64,000 bases of DNA, taken from the human T2T-CHM13v2.0 reference genome, Homo sapiens. Numbering within the stretch: the first letter of the stretch is position 1; the number at the start of each line of letters is the position of its first letter. This document shows positions 53,956 through 64,000 of this stretch, in pieces. The stretch lies in the NCBI RefSeq assembly GCF_009914755.1, contig NC_060940.1. The stretch is one strand, 5' to 3'. Under the pieces are notes generated by a model, which was not told the origin of the DNA, made no database searches, and saw nothing but the letters and a program-made list of their open reading frames with translations. The position numbers were made by a program, and so were the translations under genes.

Positions 53956-54822
53956 GAGATAGGATCTTAAGACAGAGGGAGGGTATAGTCCTTGCAACAG
54001 ATGAGTACCCTGATCCTATACCCAGTGTCATCCACAAGCCTGCTCCCTAGCAGGGATGGGAGAGGGAGCTAGGGAGGGAGGGGCATGGGAGAGGGAACTA
54101 GGGATCGTGTGATCCCCTGGAGGCCTACAGTATATACACATGAGCTGTAACTTGCTTGTCTGTCCCTCCCCAAGTTGACCTCAGCTCACCACACCTTACT
54201 GTGTTGAGGTATAATTTACAGAAGACTCACTTGTTTGTTTCATGTAATCTTGAATGATGCTCTTCTCCCAATTTAGTGTGTGGGGACCTAAGAGCCCTAA
54301 AGGTCTCTTTGTCTATTTTAGATGCACCATCTGAATTCAAGTTAGAATCTTTTCCCAATCACTGTTTGTTAGTCAAGCTTGCAGACTGTGACAGTGCTAG
54401 ATGTTTTGGTCTCTTCTTCCTTGCCTCCTCCTCCTCCTTTTCTGATTCTGTTGCAGGGATGTTATTAAGAACACCATCCACAGCACAGTGTGTTCAAACA
54501 TCCATGCAAAACATTTCTCTTAGACCTAAGTTCTAGAGAAAGCTTATTTTTCTCCTCAAAAAACGATTTTCATTATAGAAAATATGAATTTTGTTATGTT
54601 GCATATATTTCTGATTGCTTTGGTTTCCAGGAAGCAGAAAGAGAAAGTAGGAGAGAGAGAAAGAGAGAGAGAGAAAGAGAGAGACTGAGAAGAAAAGAGG
54701 GAGAGAAAAAAAAGAAAAGAGAACGAAGGAGAGAGGGAGATGGCAAAGGAGGGAAAGAGAGAGTATATATCTATAAAGTATATATGCATACATGTACACA
54801 TACACGTGTATTTACTATATTC

Positions 54823-55124
54823 TTTTTTTCTTTTTGAGACCGAGTCTCACTCTGTCACCCAGGCTGGAGTGCAGTGGCATGATGATCTCTCGGCTCACTG
54901 CAACCTCCACCTCTCGGGTTCAAGTGATACTCCTGCCTCAGCCTCCCAAGTAACTGGGATTACAGGCGTGTGCTATCATGCCCAGCTAATTCTTTTGTAT
55001 TTTTAGTTGAGACAGGGTTTCACCATGTTGGCCAGGCTGGTCTCGAAATCCTGACCTCAAGTGATCCACCCTCCTTGGCCTCCCAAAGTGCCGGGATTAC
55101 AGGCATGAGCCACCAAGCCCGGCC
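54823..55124 (-). mobile_element. AluS element
   Basis: Full Alu; TSD acta(t/c)attc. Confidence 0.92.
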
Positions 55125-55344
55125 ACTACATTCATTTTTAACCACCTGTGTTGAGGTATAATTTACAGAAGATTCACTTGTTTGTTTCATGTAATCTTGA
55201 ATGATCCCTCAAATTCTTTGTGAAATATGAGTTGGATGGAGCCTTATGTAAATTAAACAATGCTGACACCCAAGGAACTGAAGATCTTTAGTGACCTTGA
55301 TCTGGGAGATTTTTAAAGCAACTTCTCCTACTCATGAAATCCTT

Positions 55345-56200
55345 TCATTCATTGATTCAACGGATATGTATTGAGTGTCAACTGTGTGCTAGATGTTGGG
55401 GACATGACAGTGGGCAGCTCAAAGAAAATGCCTGCCCTCATGGAGCTTCCACTCTTGTGAGGGATAAAAATAAACAGATAGATATTAATATAATGCCCGT
55501 GTGGTAAGTGCTGTCAAGAAAAACAAAGGAGGGGAAGGGGATGGAAAGTGACAATGGGGCCTATGAGTTTAGAGAAGGTGGTAGGGAGGGTGTTGGTGAC
55601 AGGGTCACATTGGAGTGACCTGAACAAGATGAGGGAGCAAACTGTTGAGTGTCCCTAGGGGAAGAGTCATGCAGGCAGGAAGAGCAAAAGGCAGTGATTC
55701 TGAGAGGTGAGATTGAGTCCCAAGTACAGTAGGAGGACAGAGGAAAGCCTTAGGAAGGTGGAGTGACATGAACAAACTTAAGTTTCTAAAGCATCGTTCA
55801 GGTGTATAGAGAATAGAATGGACCAGGTGCAGTGGTTCATGCCTGTAATCCAGCACTTTGGGAGGCCAAGGTAGGAGGATCTCCTGAGGCCAGGAGTTCC
55901 AGACAAGCTGGGGCAACAGAGTGAGACCTAATGTCTACCAAAAAAGAGAGAAAAAGAGAATAGAATGTTTATGAGAGCGAGAAGAGGGGAAGCAGAAAAC
56001 AGGGTAGGAGACAACTGCAGGAAACCAGGCTAAGGATCAAGGTGGCTCAGATCAGCAAAGAGGTTGAACTTAGTATATATTTTGAATGTAGAGCTGACAA
56101 ATCTTGTGATTGTACTGGATGAGAGATACAGGAGAGAGGAACTGAGGGTGACTGGATTTGGCTTTGGACTTGTGGCAAGTGTATGTTGAAGTTGAGCAGT
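55345..56200 (-). mobile_element. L2 fragment with inserted Alu monomer (55820-55950, +)
   Basis: ttcattcattgattcaac...tattgagtgtcaactgtgtgctag; monomer TSD agagaatagaat. Confidence 0.75.
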
Positions 56201-56381
56201 TGGGAAGCAAGATCTTGGGTCCCTGGCTGTCTCTGCCCTTGCACACTAGTGTGGCCATTTGCACTGCTCCCTCAGGACAAAGCTCCCGGGCCAGTTGAAA
56301 ACCGGAGGTTGGTGCTTTGTACAAAGCTCACCATCAGCCCCCTTTGTTGTTTGGTGAAAAGATGATGTTGACGATCACCAC

Positions 56382-56840
56382 TGTAATGGGTAGAATTGTG
56401 TCCTCGTAAACAATGTATGTTCAATTTCTAATGAAGGTTGCCTCACTTGGACATAGGGTCTTTGCAGTTATAAGCAAGTTAAGATGTGGTCACTCTGGAT
56501 TAGGGTGGGCCTGAATCCAATGGCTGGTGTCCTCATAAGAAGAGGGATATTTGGATACCGACAGAACACACAGGGAAGAATACCAGGGGAAGACAGAGGC
56601 AGAGATTGGAGTGATGCGCTTAAAAGCCAGGGAGTGCCAACGGTAGCTGGCAGCCAGCAGGACCTAGGAGGGAGGTGTGGATGGAACAGATCCTCCCTCA
56701 GAATCTTCAGAAGGAACCAACCCTGCCAGCACCTTGATTTGGGACTTCCAGCCTCCAGAACTCTGAAATAATAAATTCCTTTTGTGTGAAGTCACTCAGG
56801 TTTTGGCTCTTCCTTTTGGTCATGCTAGGAAACTAGTAGA
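56382..56840 (+). mobile_element. MaLR solo LTR (MLT1C/D-like)
   Basis: tgtaatgggtagaattgtgtcc...ccagcaccttgatttgggacttccagcctccagaac; 5-bp TSD ACCAC. Confidence 0.85.
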
Positions 56841-57550
56841 ACCACCAGGTATTAAATATTTATAATTTGCCATGCACAGTGCTAAGTTAAGGTGTGCACT
56901 AAGATACTTTATCCCATAAAACTCTCTCAGCAGCACCAAAAGCAAAGTATTGTTGGCATCTCCATTTTATAAGATGAGGAGAAGATTGAGGTTCAGAAAA
57001 CAGTGAATTTCTCAAGGTCGTACAGCTTGTATGTGGCAAAACTTGGACACGTACCAGGTTTTCTAACTCTAAAAGTCCATGCCCTAACCATTATGCAACG
57101 CTGGGCCACAGTCAGGGGCCGAGATTCCAGGCACGCTTTGCCATTGGGATTCGCCAGTAAAGTTCATCACCACAAACTTTCCAGCCAGGAATCCCTGGGC
57201 TACTTTCCTCTGTTTTATTTGCTGTCATCAGAGTTCTGCTATTTATCACATCTCTCCCAGAAGATTCTTGGGGGAACAGATGTGGCTTGGAATTTGATAA
57301 GAACGTCACTTCAACACATCCTTTCAGTCTGTTTGGAATCCTCACCCTGGAGAGAGAGGGACAGCTGAACAAACAGCCCACGCCCTCTATGTTGGTATTA
57401 AAGTTTCTGGAAGCTCCAGAAACTGCTTGAGACAATTAATAAGAGATCATTTCCATTTAAAGGAACATTTTTGAACGTGGGCATCACCAGCCAGGGCAAT
57501 GGCTACTTTTCTGCTCTTTTCCTCTCCCATGGCAAAACTTCACAGCATAT

Positions 57551-57848
<298 letters not shown>

Positions 57849-59424
57849 TCACAGCATATGTGGAGGCAGAAAGGTCTGCCCAAGCCACTTGATGGAAGCA
57901 GGGCCGTGTTTGTCCTGCTTATTGGGCACATCACCAGTGCCTAGCATCATGCCTAGAACAAAATTCCCAATAGAGCTTGTAGACCTGATGGAAGAACTGG
58001 AATCGTGACTGCAGCATGAATGCACACCAAGCTCATCTCGCCAAGCAAATGTTAGTGGTTGTATAAGAAATAGAAAAAGGAAATGACTGTTCTCTCTGTG
58101 GCTATGTGCAAGGTGGATAGGAAAAGAGGAATAGGACCAGGATCTAAAACTGAATTTAAAATATTCCAGCACTGATTTGCTCACCACTGAACACTTGGCA
58201 CTTAGGGCTTGATGATGGGTGTGTTTAAGGGCATGGATTTAAGGGACAGGTGACTAGGTGTCACTTCCTAGTGGAATACGGACGAGTCACCTAGCTTTGT
58301 TAAGCCCTCCCTTCTTCATCTGTAAAATAGGGATAGCAGCAGTTTCCACCTTACGTATTTACTGTGGGAATTAAATAAGATAATGCATATTGGAAGTAAT
58401 CAGTGGGCATGTACATGGTTATTGTTATAAAGTCCAAACTGTCCCAACGTTGCCCTTTTTTTCCTTGGCACAAACACTAGGCCTTTGAGTATCACAAATT
58501 CTTTGTCCAGCCACCCTACTTGGTGGCTGGATCTCTGTGATTCTATTAGAGACAATTGTCTGCTACATCTCAGAGAGATGGGAGTCAGCATCTGCAATTT
58601 GATTTCTGAAGCTTAAGTGCTCATATCCTTATAGGAATCATAGGCCAAGGTTTGTAGATCCAGATCGTTTAATCCTAAGGAAGCACTGTTCTTTTCCCTT
58701 TGGCTGAAATATGCCTCCTGTGTCCCCGCCTTGCTAGTCCTATTGATACTTCAGGTGTCAGCTTAACCATCACTTCCCGAAGAGCATCTTTTGCTGACCC
58801 ACTCAGCGATGTTAAGTCTTCCATTTAAACACTCCAAGAGCAATGTGTACTTCTGTTTCAGGGGTCTCATTATGATTGATGTTAGGTAGTTATTTGTACA
58901 GGAGTGTAAGCTTCATGAGGGCAGGAACCTTGTCGTTCTGCATTCCTGGTGCCTATCTCAGTGTCTGACACATCCTAGACCCTAAATTAATGTTAACTGA
59001 AAGAATTGTCTAGTCTTCTAGGTGCTGGATAAAACTAGGAAAGTTGATGCATTTGGAAGGCCCAATGAATTCCATCTCTGTTGCCTCTCTCAGTTGAAGC
59101 TTTAAACAATATTGTTATTATTGATTGAAAAGAGCATGCATAACCAAACCCAAGGTGGCAGGGACCACTGCTGACCAAGCTGGGTTGCAAATTAAACTGC
59201 AGCCATTTTTGATCATGTGGTTACTCTTCTTTTCCCTGATCCTTCTTGAAACACTTATTCTAAAACGAGGGTCAGCAGACTATTGGAACCCAGGCTACTG
59301 CTTATTTTTGTAAATAAAGTTTTATTAGACCATAGCCACACTCATTCACTTGATCCAGACCGCCCTGCAAAGCCTATAATATTTCCTGCTTGGCCCTTTA
59401 TAGAGAAAGAGGGACTTGATAAAT

Positions 59425-59840
59425 CTGTTCTAGTTATCTATTGCTATGTAGCAAGTCATTCCAAAACATAGAAGCTTAAAACAACAGCCATCCTATATTA
59501 TCTGTCATGGTTTCTGTGGGTCAGGAGATTGGGAATGATCACTGGTTGGTTGTGGCTTGAGGTTTTTCCTGCACTGGCTGGAGCACCTGGGGCTGCCTGG
59601 TCATCAAGCTTATCAGGTAGTACCAGGGTTTCTTCATGGGGTCTTGTTCCCTGGTCTAGCATTGTGTCTTGGGGTAGAAAGGAAAGAAACTGACAGAAGC
59701 TACAGCCTCAGAAGTCTTGCAGGGTCTCTTCACCACATTCTGTTCATTAAGGCAGCCGCAGTGCCTGCCCAGGTTCAGAGACTCTGGCTCTGATTGGAGG
59801 AGTATCAAATATTTGTAGACATGTTTTAAAACCTCTATAA
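59425..59840 (-). mobile_element. MaLR LTR (MLT1F/G/H-like) remnant
   Basis: tagttatctattgctatgtagcaagtcattccaaaac...gcttaaaacaac...ttctgtgggtcaggagattggg. Confidence 0.6.
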
Positions 59841-60572
59841 AGTATCACTTCCTTCGTGCTATGGGGACAGCTCTCAAAATGTAACTCCAAGAGAGGACAG
59901 AGAGATTTATATCGAAAATGAAAGCTTGATTAGAATATTAAGAAGAAAAGGAAAGTTTTCTCTCATCCTATTAATGACTGCTGAGAAAGTGTTAGGAAAA
60001 TCAGGATGGAAGGATTCTGTCAGCTTTACCTACTGACATCTCCTAGCCACCTTATTAAATGAATCAATTTTGATAATATCTGGTGATTATAATCAACATA
60101 GGAAGAATATGTTTATTAAAATGCAGACTCCCAGGTCACAGCCCAGAGCTCCTGAAGGAGAGGGAGTGCTTGGAATCTATATGGTAAGCAAAGACCCTCA
60201 AGTGATTCTGACATAGGCAAGAGGCACTGTCCTTTATAAAGACTGGAATTTGCCTTGTTTTAGGTCACATACTGACATGATGCTACTTGGCTTCATGTAT
60301 TTTAATTATTAGTAAGAATTTGAGCTACCTATGTAATAATTTTGTTTTAGGGATCTCTAAGATACATAATCCATTCAAAGTAATATAAATAAAAATAACT
60401 TTATTGGAGGAACATAAAGGTTTCAAACAGAAAATGGCTAAGCCTCATGAGAGATTGGAAACTGAAAGCAAGGCCTCTGCTTGTTCTCTTACCTTCTTTG
60501 TTTTTTTCCCCCTGCCTCAAACATCTATTTTATTCCTCTTTGCCTGCACAGTGGTAGAAAAGGACCACGCTA

Positions 60573-60941
<369 letters not shown>

Positions 60942-61193
60942 TCAGAGTACCCTAATTCAAATTCTTGGGAGGGGGAATCCGATTGGCTTGGCTCAGGTTG
61001 AGGAACTTACCTCTGATCCAATCAGCTGTGACCAGCTGTATCCACTGCCCAATCAGAAGGTTCTTCTAATAACACAGAGTTGGAAGAAGTGAAAGGCATG
61101 CTAGGGTTTTCATTTCCAAATTAAACTGCAGTCATTTTTTATCATGTGGTTACTCTTATTTTCCCTGATCTTCTTGAAACACTTGTTGCAAAA

Positions 61194-61351
61194 CAAGGGT
61201 CAGCAAACTATTGGAGCCCAGGCTATTGCTTATTGTTGTAAATAAAGTTTTATTAGACTACGGCCACACTCATTCTCTTGATCCAGACCGTCCCGCAAAG
61301 CCTATAATATTTCCTGTTTGGCCCTTTATAGAGAAAGTGTCCTGACTCCTG
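61194..61351 (+). mobile_element. MER58-like hAT DNA transposon (internally deleted)
   Basis: Degenerate TIRs caagggtcagcaaac / gtgtcctgactcctg; core ttgtaaataaagttttattagac...gccacactcatt. Confidence 0.7.
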
Positions 61352-62616
61352 CTCTAGAATTCAGTTCGCTTCTATGTCTAAATTTTTGCTATGCCTTATG
61401 CATGCCCGTTCTGTTTTCCGTTAATCAGTATAGGGCATGTTGTTGAGGGCAGGGCAAGACACTGGGAATCTTCACACACCCCTGTTTATTGATTTTTAAA
61501 ACTATCTGTACAAATGCAATAGTATCTCCTACGATGCGGAGCACATAGCATTGCTGATTTGCAAGAAGATTTCAACTGCTACTTGAGATTGTTTTAGGTG
61601 CCGTGTAGTTGCACTATGAAATAAAATTAAATCACGTTATGATAAGGTTATTTCTGTGTCTCCTTTTACTCTTTCTAATTACTTGAACAAGCAAATCTCA
61701 TTTGATGACAATATGCTCTCTAACAACTTTCTAATACAATTTTTTCCTTTAACAAGGAGAAGATGCAGAGCCTGACTCAGAACCTTCAGCAGCCAGCAGT
61801 ATATAGCTAGAATTTACTGGCACCGCTTTGCTTTTATTTATTTTTATGCTTATCTTCCATTTATGACTTGTGATACTGGCTTGCCATTAATAGTGGTGAT
61901 ATAAAGTTTCCTTTTCAAATTTAGTTAAGTTGAAATGTGACTAGATTTTTAAAATGCTAAGCAAATAACAGTTTAGGTGGCAGGAAGAAATGTGAAAAAA
62001 CGGATATGAATGATTGAAGTGCGGAAATGCCTGAGCTACAGTAACTGACATAGTTACAAAGCAGCCCTGGTGCCCAGAGGAGGTAGTGGCCGATTTGGTC
62101 TGAATGGAACCTCCAGATTAGAGGAGGAGATAACAGCCCAGTGGAATCTCAGATTTTCAAAGCAGTGCAAGAGCATGGAAGGACGTCATAGACAGTGGGA
62201 GTCGAATGTTCAAAGGAAAAGAAAGAACAGGATGTGGTCATGGAATTGTTTGGCTTTCAAGAGCCACTGAAGGGCTTTCAGCATTCAAGTGGCACAGTCA
62301 GAGCTGCATTTTCAGAACAGTCATTAGCTGAAGCAAGTTAATCTCCCTGAGCCTCAGTGTGTTTATCTACGAAATGGGGGTAATTGACACAGATGTAGGA
62401 TGTCCACCCCTGTCCCTGGTGAAGGGGGAAATTCCCAGCCATTCTGCCCTGTCTCTCTTCCATGTGGAAGGCTAAGATGTCCTATCATGACTGCATCTGC
62501 ACTGAAGGTGTCTAGGGCCCCTCCTTCTCTCGTTTTGGTTGGGGGAATGGGAGATAGTTGCAGATATTCAGGATTGTTGGATGGTGCCTTGACCGGTGGT
62601 GATGGGTCAGGGAGAG

Positions 62617-62957
62617 TGTATTAGTCCGTTTTCATGCTGCTGATAAAGACATACCCGAGACTGTGTAATTTATGAAAAAGAGGTTTAATGGACCTGGGGA
62701 GGCCTCAATCATGGTGGAAGGCTAAAGTCACGTCTTACATGGTAGCAGTCAAGAGAGAATGAGAGCTAAGCGAAAGGGGAAACCCCTTATAAAATCATCC
62801 GATCTTGTGAGACTTATTCACTACCACTAGAACAGTAGGCAGGAAACCGCTCCCATGATTCAATTATCTCCCACCAGGTCCCTCCCACAACACGTGGAAA
62901 TTACGGGAGCTACAATTCAAGACGAGATTTGGGTGGGGACACAGCCAAACCATATCA
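62617..62957 (-). mobile_element. THE1B-like solo LTR
   Basis: tgtattagtccgttttcatgctgctgataaagacatacccgagac...acacagccaaaccatatca; near-TSD gagag/gaggg. Confidence 0.9.
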
Positions 62958-64000
62958 GAGGGTGTCCACTGTCAAGGACAGCTCAGCACCAAGCCCTTCT
63001 TACTGGGCTCTGGAGTTTCTCAGCTGAGAACTCTTCTTCTTTCCATCTCCAATTCCTCTGCTCACTTGTCTTCCAGCTAAGTCACCTCCCTGCCCCCTCC
63101 CTGCACATGTCCCGGCCCCAGCTCTCTCTGGAATCCAGGAGCAGGAAGTCCCTGTCTCCACCTGACTCTACATCTTAGGAAAGTGACTCCCTTGAGTCAT
63201 TGTTTCTGTGTTAGTAAGCATTGAGGAAGGAAAATACATCCCTTGGGTACCAGGGAGAGAACAGAGGGAGGCAAGAAATAAACTGAAGGTGCCCATCCTA
63301 GCACTTGGAGCCCTGTCTTGCCATGCACGTAAGCAGAGGGTCTGCAGGAGCCACTCAGACTGGCAGCTTTTCTTTTTTATTGTGCTGGGGAAGAAAGAGG
63401 TTAAAAAGAGTTCTCTTGCTGTGGAAGTGTGTGACAGGGACCCTCTTCCTAAGGTGTCCCAAATCCCTGCATCTGCCTGGCCTTTGTCACTGTGGCTGTG
63501 ATGAGAGAGAAGATGGTGAGGACAGGAGATAGGAATGCTGTGAGCTGGCAAGCTCAGCTCGGAAGCTTCAGTGCATGGGTGCATGATCTGGAAGCTTCTG
63601 TGCATGAGTTTAGCCAGACCTTTTGCTGCTGGGATAAGAGCTGAGTGGGGTGTGCAGAGCTGCCTTCCTGCTGCTAAGCTTATTCTATATGTCACCCCTT
63701 CTAGCCTGAGTCCTCTGTTGCATCCTCTGGTCCTCCAGCTGAGTTGAGTGTAGCATCTAATTTCCTCAATCACCTGAACTCTGGCCCTGATTGGTTCCCT
63801 TACCCTCCTGAGCCTTAATTTCCTGCAATATGGGATTCACAATGGCACCTACTTCCTATGATGTTATGCAATACAAATGAGTAACAATAAGTGAAAACCT
63901 GGAATTGTTTGGTCAGTAGAAAAGTGCTCAAAAATGTAATGGTGGTTAGTATTGTTGCCTGCAAAATATCTGACACAGTGCATGCAGTGAATACTTCAAT

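Noticed and set aside
63168-63773. 201-aa minus-strand ORF
   Set aside because: No recognisable domain or splice context, non-ATG start; consistent with a chance ORF.

Overview
Primate (human-like) genomic DNA from the middle of the protein kinase C beta gene (PRKCB, + strand). Four coding exons with canonical AG/GT boundaries splice into one open frame covering the C2 domain, the hinge and the start of the kinase domain (exons 6-9 by my recollection of the gene model): 2606-2762, 3978-4112, 23493-23589 and 34359-34505. The rest is intron packed with repeats: about 40 Alu pieces, a full-length antisense SVA with SVA_F-type diagnostics, five antisense ERV1 solo LTRs, MaLR/ERVL LTRs, L1, L2, MIR and MER fragments, and simple repeats. 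Nearly all other ORFs in the track are repeat or low-complexity artefacts. I found no new protein-coding or RNA system. The most unusual signals are structural: (1) several short direct-orientation templated insertions whose donor lies 0.9-2.6 kb downstream; (2) an Alu flanked by an apparent ~285-bp target-site duplication with a 66-bp perfectly identical core; (3) a (GGAA)11 microsatellite 0.5 kb after exon 7, a candidate EWSR1-FLI1 enhancer; (4) lineage marks on the SVA; (5) a fold-back Alu forming a perfect 23-bp hairpin. Repeat subfamily names come from recognising consensus motifs by eye, and boundaries of old repeats are approximate.
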